Source: Octopus bimaculoides (taxonomy: Eukaryota). From it: a stretch of 64,000 nt of DNA. Shown in pieces: positions 12,246 through 25,237 of this stretch (position 1 is its first letter; every line of letters begins with the position of its first letter). The stretch spans positions 98,243,816 through 98,307,815 of the forward strand of contig NC_068984.1 in the NCBI RefSeq assembly GCF_001194135.2, in the 5' to 3' direction. A program made the position numbers and the translations under genes. The notes under the pieces were generated by a model. The model was not told the DNA's origin and did not search any database. It saw only the letters and a list, made by a program, of their open reading frames with translations.

Positions 12246-14534
12246 ACGTGTCTGTATACACACACGGAAACACACACACTCTGTGCAGAGCAAGCAATAA
12301 CAGTAAATATAAGAGAAAGATGTTTAAACAGTTAGGGGTATATTATCTTCATAGCTAATCCTAGGCAGAAAGTAACAGGTTTAGTTTCCTTGCTTTAATG
12401 TTTTTGTAGTAGTAGTAGCAGCAGCAGCAGCTGTAGTAGTATTTACTAATGAAATTTCTCCTCCTCCCCTTCACCCCTGCTAGTAGTTGGTGGGTGTTTC
12501 CTTGGTTGGTAAGGATATTTTTGTACATCCCATCCAAAATAGCTATAGACTCTTGTAGTGTAGAGCTGCTGTTGGTTGAGTGCCAGTGCAATGATTGCTG
12601 TTTTTTGGCTTCCATCCTGTCTTGGAGTATAGCTGCATTAATCTCTTTTGCTTTAATGTACCATTCATAACTTTGAAAATATTTCCTGTCACTCTGCACT
12701 AAGCGTACCATTCCTTATCCCCACCACCACCACTACCAACAATAACAGTAGCAGTAATAACAGCACCCTCACCATCATCACCATTACCAGTAAGAACAGC
12801 AGTAGCATCACCACTGCTATCACCACTACAATTGCCATCATCATTAACAACAAGAACAAACTAATAGAATCTCTCTGTAGTTATGCAACATGCTGAAAAT
12901 AGCAGCCAAATCTCCCTGTAAAGCACATTGTACTACTTCAATAAAAAATTTAAAAAACAGTTGGATAATATAGTCTTAAATATATAAGGTCTTATAATAA
13001 GATGCGATGGTCATAGCTGGGAATTCTGTCATAAGTTGTCTTATTCGACTGACCTGAAAATATAACTACTCTTATCACTACCACCACAAACAAGGAAGCT
13101 TCTCAAATGTTGCTAAACTGACTAGAAATAATAGCCAAATTTCCTCACATCACAGCCTACCATCTTAAAAAGGTCAGACACGTTGGCCAATCTAGTCCTA
13201 TCTATGCAAAATGATGGGGTGATCACAGCTAGAAAACCTTTGATTTTGTTTGATCATAATTAATCTAGGATCCAACAACAGCACTGCCACCTACAACAAC
13301 ATCTATGATACCATCAATACTTTTTCCACTATAACCACCACCAATAACAGTAATGACACTACCACTACCAATAACAACATTACCACCAACAACAGTGACA
13401 ACAACACCAGTACCACCAACCCACCACCATCAGCACCACCACCCCATCATTCAGTTTATTTCCTTATCTATTAGAAGTACATCTTGCTCACTTCTTCCTC
13501 ACTCATTTCTTCCAACCCACTTCATTCCTCTCTTCACTTCTATATGTACCCCACTACTTGAGATCTAGATATTAAGTTGTTGTTCATTGAATAACACCTC
13601 CACATAACATGGAATCCACACAACTGGTTTCCTTTCATCTAAATATTCTTTTTTCTTTCTTCTTTCTCTCTTCTCTCTACCTTTTTCTCCATTTCTTTGT
13701 TGTTTCTCTTGTGCACCAGCATGGCCTTTACTTTGATGACTAAAGTAAAGAATTAGTAAGATCTAAGTACAGAATTTAGATGAATAAGTCTAAATACTCC
13801 AAGACATGTAGCCTATCATTTGACTATCAAGCACATCTGCCACTGCTTTACCCTTCACTTTTCCTTTCAGGCGGGATCTTGTGACATTAATGGCTTTTCC
13901 AAGGTTACAAGGCATTGGAAGGAAATGAAATAGAAAATATTGGAAAGTATCTGGACATTACATTCTGTGACACATGATGTGTTGTATCATTTCTTTGTTC
14001 TTTTTCTACTGCCTCTCTAATGGCCTATGCCTGATCTTATGCTACCTCCACTCAAGTCTTCCTCGCTCATTTATTTCTCCTCTTGTCACACATATTATGT
14101 CTCTACAACTATGCTCAGTTGATCTTTTCTTAGATGCTCAACCCTCTAAAATATTTTTCCTCGTGCATATCTTTTTCTTGTAGAAATATTCACAGCACTG
14201 ATTTTCCCATCTCAGGGCTCTGGTGGAAACTGTCCCTTGCTTTTACTAAACTAATTTTAAAAAACCATGTCTTTGTGGGTGAATGATATTGCTGTTGAAA
14301 CTGGAATACAGTAAACAGTGCCAATCTAACTGGTGAAGTGACAAAGACTACTCTGTGACATGTGAGTGAAAATGGTCTTTGTTAATACAAGAGTACAAAC
14401 TCAAGTGAATGTAAGACATTAGAACTGTGTAATTGATAACTGAATTGTAAAACAACTCTTATCCTTCGTCTAAGAATCATTTGCAGGTTCCTTGAGACGA
14501 AATCTCAAGGCATCAATATGACGATGGAAATTTT

Positions 14535-15320
14535 TGGTATAATAATAATTGTTCCAAATTTTGGCATGTAATTTTTCTAGCGGGAGAGGTTATTTGATTA
14601 CATCAACCCTTGTATTTGACTGATACTTTATCGACCCCAGAAGGAGGAAAAGCAAAGTTGACCTTGAACTTAAAATGTAAAGAGTTGCAAGAAATGCTGT
14701 ATGGCAGTTTATTTGATGCTCTAATAATTTTGTCAGTTCACAGCAATTTTTTTGAGAGGTTCGGATTAATGTCATTGACCCTAGTATTTGACTGATATTT
14801 TATTCTATTAACGCAATGTTAATCTCAACAGAATTTGAACTCAGAAGATAAAGGGCCAGAAGAAATAATGTAATACATTTTTTACAACCACTAATGATTT
14901 TTATGATTTACTGCCCTTAATGTTTTCAAAGATAAGCCCAAAGTCAGAAATTTCAGGGAGGAAGTTAGCGGATGAAATTGACTCTGAGATGGAGAGATGT
15001 GGGGCAGAATTGATCTTACCAGAATTTTAATTCAGACTGTATAGAGTCTGAACAAATACCACTAAGCATTTTTTTTTACACTAATGATTTTACTTATTCA
15101 CCAACTTAATAATAATTGTCTAACTAAAGCCAAGGTCAGTAAATCTGATTGCACTCACCCCAATGTTTCACTGATACTTTATTTTATCAACCTTGAAAAG
15201 ATGGACAAAGTTAACCTCAATGGGAATTGAAGTCAGAACACAAGGAGCCAGAGCAATTATTGCAAAGCATTTGTCTAATGCTCTTATGATTCTGCCAACC
15301 CATCACCTGAATAACAGTAA
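14535..15320 (-). mobile_element. Head-to-tail array of about 4 decayed family-C SINEs
   Basis: Repeated 'gactgatact(t)tatt..atc.acc...gaatttgaactcaga' cores at ~190-bp spacing, with AAT runs at the array ends and one junction. Confidence 0.7.
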
Positions 15321-15630
15321 TAATAACAACAACAATGAATTCTCCTGTTGAAAATTACATAAGAGTGTTCAGCATTTTGCCAAACAACCTGCTCAAATGA
15401 TTTGTTTATAGTGATCAAATGTATGTGCTGCACATTAGCTCGCTTTCTCCATCAAATCAATGTAGTCTGAACAGGTGCACAGTGTACTACATGTCAGGTG
15501 TTGAAGTGATTGCAAGCAACATGAGATGAGGTGTTTTGCCCAAGAACACAATGTGGAAGCTGTTCTAGGAATTGAAACCATGATCTTGTGATCATGACTG
15601 CAACACCCTAACCAATAAGACATGCATCCT

Positions 15631-16912
15631 ATAATAATAATAATAATGAGGATTTCATTTATTTGCCACAAGGGTGAAGGATGAGGGGGACAATACAAAG
15701 ACTAACATAAAGTGTGGAGGTTTACGTATAATGAAATGATAAAAAAAAAAAGGTAAGTATACATGGTATACACTGAAAAAGAAGAGACATATACATAGTA
15801 TACAAAGGTTTAAAAAAAAAAGTGGGAGAGGATGATAGAGATGTAACCCTCTTGACGCAGAAGGATCTCTAGGGATAATGGAGGAACCCTAATGTCCAAG
15901 CTTTCCCTGAATACCAAGAGCAAATACCCTCTCCAATTCCTTCTCTCTGACTTACAGGTCTACACTGAAAGAAGTACCATCTACTCTTGCCATTTTCGCA
16001 ACTTCCACCCACCTTTCAAAAAACACTCTTGAGGACAACACTTCCCTCACCACTCTCAGTTTCCCTTCCAAGTGAAACTTGAAGTCAATGAGAGCACTAC
16101 CAAAGAGGAATGTATTTGTCTTCATGCCTTTCAGCCTTGTCCACCAAACAACCTCTTTTGCCACAGCCACTAGGCAAAGGAATACTGCCTTACCTGTCCA
16201 ACTGAAGGAGGGCGACGGGGCATCATCACTACAGACTCGGCTGACAGACTGATCCGTCCCACACGTGACAGCAGCTAGTCAATATAAACCCACAAGTCAG
16301 CAATGCCTGGACAATGAATGTGTGTGTGCAGAACAGTTTTGTCACTCTCCATGCACCTCACACAAGTCTATCTGACAGCACACCTGTGCCTGTAGAGTTT
16401 ATCTCAAACTTGTACCCCCCCCTCCCACCGGTAGCACTTGCCAGGCCAAGGACATCTGGAAATTATCCATGATAGTTCTTCCTGACTGGAAAGTCCTCTG
16501 GAACAGACTAGCCAGTTTGTTTTCATTGGTGCCCAGAGTCTCCCCATCCAGAAATCATTGCAGATGGTGTAACCTAAGAATGTGTCTGCACATTAGGAGC
16601 CACTGCATAACTAATCTGCCACTCAGAGGATGCTGGCAACAGATTGCTCACCTGACCGTTAGAACGCATCCCTTCCACAAGAACTTAAACAAGAGATGTT
16701 CCAACCTGCTCAAGCAGTAACTGGTACAAGGCACGACGGTCAGGTGGTAAATGATAACGGAGGCGATATAGGCATTCGCCACCTCTACCCGATCTTTCAG
16801 GGACAGCCTCCTCTCAGCCCATTTCTGGGTAATACTGGCCACCCTGTTCGCCACCTCATTCCAGTTCTTATCAACCTGGAGGTCAGGACCAAACCAGACT
16901 CTGAGCAGTTAT
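15631..16912 (-). mobile_element. Tx1/L1-clade non-LTR retrotransposon 3' portion (post-RT thumb and C-terminus, 3' UTR, AATAAA, (ATT)n tail)
   Basis: Minus-strand 'LRVWFGPD..NW..VANRV...W.ERRLSLKDRVEVANAYIASVIIYHLTVVP...FLWKG' and 'DKLYRH'; ends 'gcAAATAAAtgaaatcctc(att)n' at 15631-15665. Confidence 0.75.
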
Positions 16913-17014
16913 AATAAGTACTAACAGTACCCATGAAAATTCCACAGTAAATATGAAATTTTTCAGATGGTTTTAAGTTTATATAGAACCAAGCTACTAC
17001 AACTACTACTACAT

Positions 17015-17252
17015 AATAATAATAATAATAATGAAGCTACTCCTTTCTATTATAGGCTAAGGTCTGAAATCTTGTGGGCTAGTTGATTACATCAACTCAT
17101 GTGCTTCACTGGTACTTATTTTACCAACCCCAAAAAATGAAGGGCAAAGTCAACTTTGGCAGAATTTGAACTCAGAATTTAAAGCTGGATGAAATGCTGT
17201 AAAGCATTTTGTCTGGCATACTAACAATTCTGCCAGCTCACCATCTTAATAA
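17015..17252 (-). mobile_element. Family-C SINE about 95 nt upstream of the first BARD1 exon, with AAT runs on both sides
   Basis: (aat)n-cctttctattataggc...gccagctcaccatcttaataat. Confidence 0.8.
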
Positions 17253-17345
17253 TGTGAATTATCATAAAGATTGTAATTATTTTGCTTTAAATTTAAATAC
17301 TGTTTCTTTATCTTACATCTTTATGATTTTACTTGCTTATTTCAG

Positions 17346-17426
17346 AATAATCTGGCAAAAGTACAGGTCCTGCTGACTGAAGGAGCTAATGTAAATACAA
17401 AAGACCATGCTGGATGGACACCTTTG
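17346..17426 (+). CDS. BARD1: BARD1 coding exon (equivalent to human exon 5), ankyrin repeat: NNLAKVQVLLTEGANVNTKDHAGWTPL
   Basis: ttcAG acceptor and GTatat donor; 81 nt, phase 0/0; the 'DHAGWTPL' ankyrin motif and exon length match vertebrate BARD1 exon 5 as I recall it. Confidence 0.93.
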
Positions 17427-17749
17427 GTATATATTATTATTATTGTTATCATCTTTCATAAACCATGTTACATTTTAACAGCACACATTATTTTTTAAAT
17501 TGTATTTTTTTTTTACCTATATGAAAATTTATTTTTTGTTTTGGTTAATAATTTTATATTTAGGTACAGTTTGCTTTTTTGTGAACTGTAAAGCAGTGTT
17601 GACTCAAAGTTTTCTTTGTAATTGTTAAAAAATTCATATCTAAAAAAAAAAATGGATTCCAGCCAAGGAATCATAATGTTTGATGTGAAAGAAACAGAAA
17701 GGAAGAGATTAGAGTTTAAGAGAAAGATGAGAGAGAGAGAGAGAGAGAG

Positions 17750-17916
17750 CCAGCATTGAAAATGTTGTCAGAGTCTCTCCTACAACTAATGCAGGTGTTG
17801 CAACCATAGCAATAAAAAGTATTAAAGTCACAGTTGAAGCAATTGTAGTGTCACCATATACAGACAAGTCCATCTGACAGCACACCTGTGCCTGTAGAGT
17901 CTATCTCAAACTTGTA
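17750..17916 (-). mobile_element. Second short Tx1 fragment
   Basis: 17865-17916 is almost identical to 16362-16413 (caagtc.atctgacagcacacctgtgcctgtagagt.tatctcaaacttgta). Confidence 0.55.
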
Positions 17917-18599
17917 GGAAAGTAGCTGTAATACTTGTTCCAACAACAGTGTCTACAATAATAATGACATTAACCAATCATTATTAGACTACAAAGAAAA
18001 TATTGTTTGCTTCTGTTAAGTACAGTGAATACAATTCATTTACTGGATGGCAAGCAGGAAATAACCAAGAAATATAAGGATGACATAAAAGATAAGAAGC
18101 ATTATGTGCTAGTGTATGGAAACTACAATGCTCAACCCCAACTCAAATAGGAAAGTGTCTATAAGGAACCTAGTTTACAGTCACCTACATAGCAAGAGGA
18201 AGACAACATGGGACTATTATTGCTATCTGCAACAATGAAAAGAGGTTAGATCAATGGCTATAACCATTTACATGTTCTAGAAGTTTATAATGAATCTGAG
18301 CCACCAGCATAGCACCCCACAGAGATAGATCAGAGTGATAACAATGGTTGGGGAGCAGAGGTAGTAATGGGATTCACCTCCCAATCCCAGCAAAACAAAA
18401 TGGAAACATCACTGGATTCCTAGATGTTGATCACACCTGAGGACCTTGCTAGTGTCACTAATCATTTCCAGGTCAAAGTGTGCATGGCAATGGGAGTGGT
18501 TGTCAGAGGAAGACAACCTAGAATCCCACATCAGAACATCTGGCCACACAGTAGAGAAATCATCTTTAAATATTAAGAGAGGATATGTATGTAAGTTAT

Positions 18600-19430
18600 G
18601 AATGTATACAGGTACTTACTTTATTGAGCATAGAAAGATGATCAAACACATCACCCTCAGAAATAGATCTCATTAAGTACCCAATACATTTAACTTATTG
18701 TTCTACCAGTTCTGTCACCTATCATCTAACAATAGCATTAATCATTTGCTACAAGAGCAATGGTTGTAGAGACCAATTACAAAATCATTGGTGGGGTGGT
18801 ACATAAAATTGAGTATGAGTAAACAGACATGGGAAACCAGTTTTATATCTATAAAAATAAGGATTTCTAACATAATTGCAAGGTTATACACTATTAAATA
18901 GAGCAGATATATTTAAAACTTCCTCAGTACTTGATTGTACTTCATTAATACTGAAAGGATAATGGTCAAAGGTGAGCTTTGTGAGATTTGAAGATAGAAC
19001 TTAAACTAAATACTACATTTTATTCAACATTTTACTAGTTCTGCCCCTCTAACACCATTAATAATACTAATAATGACTTCTTTATAGTCACAAGGCTACA
19101 AATATTTGGCAAAGGTGCATATTTGATTTAATTAACAGCAATATTTGACAGGTACTTATTTAATCTATTCTAGAAAGATTGAGAGGAAGAGAGTTCAGTT
19201 TATTTATCCCTTATTGCTATTGACAAATTTAATCTACTTTAGAAAGGTTGAAAGATTAAAAGAATATTGTTGATTTAATCAAACATTGTAATTGACAGGT
19301 ACATATTTAATATACCCTAGAAATAATGAAAAGCAAAGTTAATGAATACGAGATTTGAACTCTGAATATAAAGTAATATAACTTAAAAAATAGTTATTTT
19401 ATCTAGCACTCTACTAAATTGGTCACCCAT
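18600..19430 (-). mobile_element. Array of 3-4 highly decayed family-C SINEs
   Basis: Recurrent 'caggtacttattt', 'gagatttgaa' and 'cacaaggc' cores; AAT-rich junctions. Confidence 0.5.
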
Positions 19431-22400
19431 GCCCTCACACAGCCACTTATTTTGGAAGGAAAGAGCAGGCTATTACTATTACTCATAATAAATTTTATAG
19501 CATCATTTTAAAATGTAATAAAATATACTATAAAAATGCCATAAAATCTTTAAGACTAAATATCCTCCACCACCACCACTGCTCCAAATAATATATAAAT
19601 AATTAAGTTATACATGTTGTGTATGATTACATAGTTATGAAGTTCTCTTCAAAATTATATGGTTCTATATTCAGACCAGCTGTGTGGTACTTTGGGTGTC
19701 TTTTACCTTGACCTTAGATCAGTCAAACTACTGTGATTGATCTGAGTCCACAGAAATAAGATGGAAGCCTGTCATATGGACTGTACACATTGGGTGAGAC
19801 AGTTTAAATGTTAGCCAACATAACTCTATCACCTGAATCCTTAAGTGTTATTTGTGGAATCTACCTCTTTGCAATAAGATTTCCAGATTCAGGCTAATCC
19901 TCCCTTCCACCATTCTTGGTAACTTTGTTATAAAGTCATGTTTTGTCCTACTTAGACTAAGCTGTAAACAAAAATAAACTTTAATGATTGGGTGAAAATG
20001 ATTTGAAGAGTAGCCCTTTCCCTTGAGAAACACAATTTTATTGAGTTCATATATAATGTTGGAGAGTACTACTTAACGTTACATAAGTAGACCTTTCTCA
20101 GCATTTAATAATAAACAAGTATCAGAATACTTATTATTGGACTTCTGCAAAGTGTGGAGGTTAAGAACAGAGAAAACTGCTTTCAGTCCTTCAAAATTAT
20201 ATTTGAAAGGTGTTCACAACAAACAATATTTATAATGATGATGATGATTATTTCTGTCCAAGGCAGAAGGTGGCATATACTCATTGAAGAGTTGAATATA
20301 ATCAATTAAATGAAATCCTAGTATTTGAATGGTACTTAATTTATGAACTGTAGCAAGAAGAATGGCAAATTCAACCTTGATAAGATTGGAAGTGCAACAC
20401 AAATGTATGTAACTAAATATGGCAAAGTATTTTGTTTGCCACTCTTCCGATTCTGCCATCCACCAATTTCTAACACTGCCACAAGGTCACATATCTTAGG
20501 GGCGAAGGATAGAAGTGATTTAATTTACTATAATTACTCGACTGGTACTTTATTTTATGAACCCTGGTAGGATGGAAAGCAGAGGGGATGAAGTGTTATA
20601 AGTTTATACTTCATCACTTACACCGTATATTGGATAGCTTGTGGAGGAATAAATTGTTATTTGGACTAAGTTAGACATGATTAAGCATACCTATATTCAA
20701 AAACTTTCTGTGACCATCATGTCTTTTATTCAGACATTCTATTAAGGTCCATATTTGTCCCATATGTGCTCAATAATAAAAAGATTTTAACTCTCTCTCT
20801 CTCTCTCTCTCTCTCTCCAGATCACATACATCACCCTCACCTTCCAAATGTCCTGTCACCTTACTTTGCAGTGGTTGGCAAAATTTTTCAGTAGTTTGCC
20901 TACAGGTGGCAAATACCAATTTGAAGACGCTGTTCTTTAGGTCGGTCTAACTATGCTGGCCTATCAGCAAAAATATTCCTGCTGTCCTTATCCCATCCTT
21001 TTCCCCGAGGACTTTAATTATCTATCTGTCCTTTATTTTACTAAGACAGTAGGTTGTGATTTAAAGAATATTGGCCTTTACTTCTAGTAGATGAAGCAAT
21101 CAAATAGAAGCTCGACCTCTCCTGTTTCCTTAAGCTTATAAAATATATATTATCAGCAGAAGTGGTATTAATGCCAAGAGGCAATATTTATCCCCACTTA
21201 AACATGGATGTTCTGTTAGAACAAACTTTACTGCAGTAGATACCATGAGAGTTTCCACTCTTCAAAATGCTCCTTTTTAATATGATGGTAGATGTGTTAA
21301 TATACCTGAAATACATAAGATTTTCAATCTAAGCTTTGTTCATAGGAAAATGCTAAAGGGGAAAAAGTATCAAAAGTAGATTCGCTATTTTCTGACAAGT
21401 GGCTTAGAAAATATACATTACACTGAAGAGTGGGAATTATTGTTGGGTACCTTATAGATGTAATTAAGAGACCAAACTGAGAAATTTAAACTTGTCCTTT
21501 TACCGATTATAAAAGCATTTGATAAAAGGCATACCAGATGTAATAATCTTTTTTTTTTATTTTTAGTTGTAGGGTAATAAGGATTAAATTATCTAGGTTG
21601 TTCTTTCCTTATTTAGATAGTAAGATATGATTTGAAGGAGATTTGTTTGCTATTTCTTGCAGGCTTAATGACCATGTAGAGACTCCTTCATTAGTTTGTT
21701 GCTATTATTTAGCAACAGGTTAGCCCTGGTTGACCAATTGTGTGACCAAAGGTCATAAGCTGTCTTTTATTCACTCTGATTGTGAATAAATCTGTAATTC
21801 AAAGGTGTTAGAACCATCATCTTTTTTTAAGGCATAGTGTATCCTATTCTTCCGAGGGATATGTGGCTGCTATTTTTAGTACATTAAGTGAAGTCATAGC
21901 TGCAACCTGTCTTTTTTCTTTTTGGGCAGACTGTAGATTTTTGACTACATTGTCCAGTGTGTTCTTTTCGAATCAGTAAGATGTGATTTAAAGGAGATTT
22001 AGTTGATCTGCCATTTCTAGCAAGTCAAGTAACTATAATGAGATTCTTTCCCGTTTTGGGATACATGGTGTGATCATTCCTACAACTTCTCTATTGATAA
22101 TTACACCATCCTAAAAATCTTTAATTATGTTGTCTATATATTTGCAGAGACTATACCAATACCACAGCTATTATACTCTAGAAAAATTTAAATCAAAATT
22201 AATTTTGAAAAGTTAAACTAAAAAGAAAAAAAATCCTCTAAGCTCCATAGATCTTTTAAGAGCCAGTGTTTCATTTGTCTTATGGTATTAATAAATGAGA
22301 CACAAACATTTGCCCTGGAAAGAATGCTTGCCTGTTATTGATAAACCTGTAATTTTTTCCCTTGTTCAGTTCTAAATTCAGCCTCAAATGCACTTAGTGT

Positions 22401-23764
22401 ATCCATGACCACATCATCCAAAGTGTCTTTTTAAAATAAAAGGGTGTATTTTGTGTGAGATTTGACTGTTATTTCTATTAGACTGAGTAGCATATAGAGG
22501 CTCCCTTATTGTCTGTGCTGTTATCTTGCCTCTCAACCCTAATTTGATGAAAGTCAAAGGCTGCTTTTATCTTTTTTTTTTCCCATCCAAGGGAATTTTC
22601 AGCCCAATATTTCACAGGCTATTATTTATAGCTTTATCTACTTCAAGTTCCACCATAACAAATAATTTAATTCAATTCTGTCAAAGTTTCTAAATTTTTA
22701 TAAATGAAACATTAAATTTTATAAATTTTTTTTTTTTTTTAGAAAAGATCTGATTACCTCGGTGGTCCATTTATTGTCAGCCCCAATTCTAACTTATGAG
22801 GAATAAAACATGGGATTGCCATATTAAAAACAGTAGTCTGTTGCTGCAGAAATGGCTGCTACATTGAACCAGTCAAACAACTGCATAGAAGTTGGCTAAC
22901 TGGTCTTGTCTATTACACCTGTTAACTTTGTTAGCAATACTTTGTCATTTAGCTGTTTATTATTGATTGCAGTCAGATTGTCTATTGCTTGTTCTCTAAT
23001 TGTATCTATAGCTTGTATATTTTGATTTAGATTTTTGATGCTTGATGCATTAAAAACGTTAACACTAGCTTAGCTATTTTTTAATTTTTTTCCTGTACAT
23101 ATGGATGACACCACTGAGTAATTAAACAGAGTGGTATATTTGTTTTAAGTATGTTAATTTTTTATGCTTACTTGTGTACAATATTGTACAACTACTTTGT
23201 GAATCTTATTACTTCTTTGGCAAGAGCTGTGAAGGCTTTGCTTCACTGTGGAGGTATAATAAGACTGAAACATATCCATGTCTCCCGTATTTGTCTGAGT
23301 AATATTAGTCACTAAGATGATGTTGCTTATTCCTCACCACATAATTAGAGACATAATTAATGTAATACTCATTATCTTAATTATGTTAACTTAGAAATGT
23401 CTTCTTTCTTCCACCATCTTACGTCGTCAATAAATATGCAGTTCTTTGAAGCTAAAATGATTTCCTATCTTAACTTCTAACAGAGCCACCATTAATGCTG
23501 TAGTCATGCATGCTTCCATCTTCATTGCTAAACATTTTGTGTGATATTATATGTTTGACTTAGCAAGTTCCTGTAAGTATTCCAGTGAAAGTTTGGTAAA
23601 CTGTCTTCATTTAAGCACTGAAGGAAATCATTAGGGAATCCACTTAGAATTCTTTCCTGTTCCACTTGGAGGAAATTAACTTTAACTTTATAATTGTTTA
23701 ATCTCATTAATATTCTTGGGTATGGTATGAATGTTAGAACATCCAGTAGACTTCATGACAGTGT

Positions 23765-24165
23765 TTATGATAATAATTGTTTCAAATTTCAGCACAAGGC
23801 CTGAAATTTGAGAAGGGGTTTAGTTGATACCATTGACTCCAGTACTTGAGTGGTGCTTTATTTTATCTACCCCAAAAAGATGAATGACATGGTTGAGTTT
23901 GGCAGTATTTGAACTCTGAAACTGAAGAGCTGGAACTAATACTGCAAAACATTCCAACACATTAATGATTGTGCCAGTGGTCCAGAGCAACATTTATGAG
24001 GAGGATGTGGTTAATTAAACAAAATTTTAATACTTGATTGGTACGTTATTTTACTAGTCTTAGAAATATTAAAAGGAAAGTCTGAACTGAGAATGTAAAC
24101 AAATGTAATTAAACACTGAAAGGCATTTTGTCTGATATTCGGCTGATTTTTGCCAATTCACTGCA
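23765..24165 (-). mobile_element. Two tandem family-C SINEs
   Basis: 'gcacaaggcctgaaattt...tactttattttatc.acccc...atttgaactc' twice. Confidence 0.65.
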
Positions 24166-24294
24166 TCTCTTTATTTTTCAGAAGGGTGATAGTTGAGATA
24201 TTACAAGGACAAATTAGATAAGTTTTTAAGAATCATATTTGTAGAAACAGGCATGGTAATCAACAGAATAAACAGCAGCAACTTGATGTGTACA

Positions 24295-24550
24295 GCTCTC
24301 AGGCCAGGCTCCACTGCTCGTCAGGCTGAGAAAAGCAAACTGTCAAAGTATTGGTTGCTCTCCAACAGCTTGTGGCAGTGGAGACCTCTAGCGTTCTTGG
24401 CCCCCGGACCATATCCTTGCTCATTGTTGTCAGAGCAGAGATGGCTATCTGCAAGTGTGAGCCCTGGGAGTCAGAGTGGCTGTTCCAGTACATCTCCTGC
24501 GCCATTCTTTGGGGTACCACTTTTTGCACTTTGTCTGCTAGGACCATGAG
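24295..24550 (+). mobile_element. CRE-like non-LTR retrotransposon C-terminal (RLE-end) fragment
   Basis: 'RPGSTARQAEKSKLSKY' frameshifting to 'VAVETSSVLGPRT...EPWESEWLFQYISCAILWG', which resembles the CRE-clade terminus 'AE..K..KY...P.AVET.G..G...LFQR.S.AI.RGN'. Confidence 0.65.
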
Positions 24551-25203
24551 ATGGTCTGAATTACAGGAAATTGAGAAACTGTAGGAATTTTGTAGCTTAC
24601 TAAACAAACAATAAACAGAATAAACAATACATGAATACACTTCAGTAGGAGGTCAGCCGTCTAAGCTCAATCAAAGAACATTACAGATCCAGGACTACTC
24701 TCACTACCAGAGCAAATGATTATGCTCTCTGGCTTACAAGTACAATTAGATTTATTCACTTGGACCATACTTGCCACAGTCATCGACCTTCCAATAAATT
24801 TAGTGAAAGGCAGCATTTTCCTTCCCTTCCTATCCATATCATACTTGAAAAAGTTGATGAGGTCTTAGCTTAAAATATATTATTTGTCCTTAGTTCCTCA
24901 ATGATAATCCATTACAACATTAGAATGTTTTAACAGCTATTTAAATAGGAGAAATCTTGTTCTCTAATTTACAACAATGTGTTTTCTATTCTTTGCCTCA
25001 GTCTCGTAGAATTGAACAGTACTCATTGATTCATTTACAGCTACTTATGGGCCTTAAACTTATGTCCAGTTTACTGTCACTTGTGAGACATTGACAAATA
25101 TAAATTTCAATGTCATTTGTAACCCCTTAACACACACAGCACATTGTCATTTGTGGTTCTTAACTCATCATTTTATTGCTATTTGTGACTCTTTCACAGA
25201 GAA

Positions 25204-25237
<34 letters not shown>

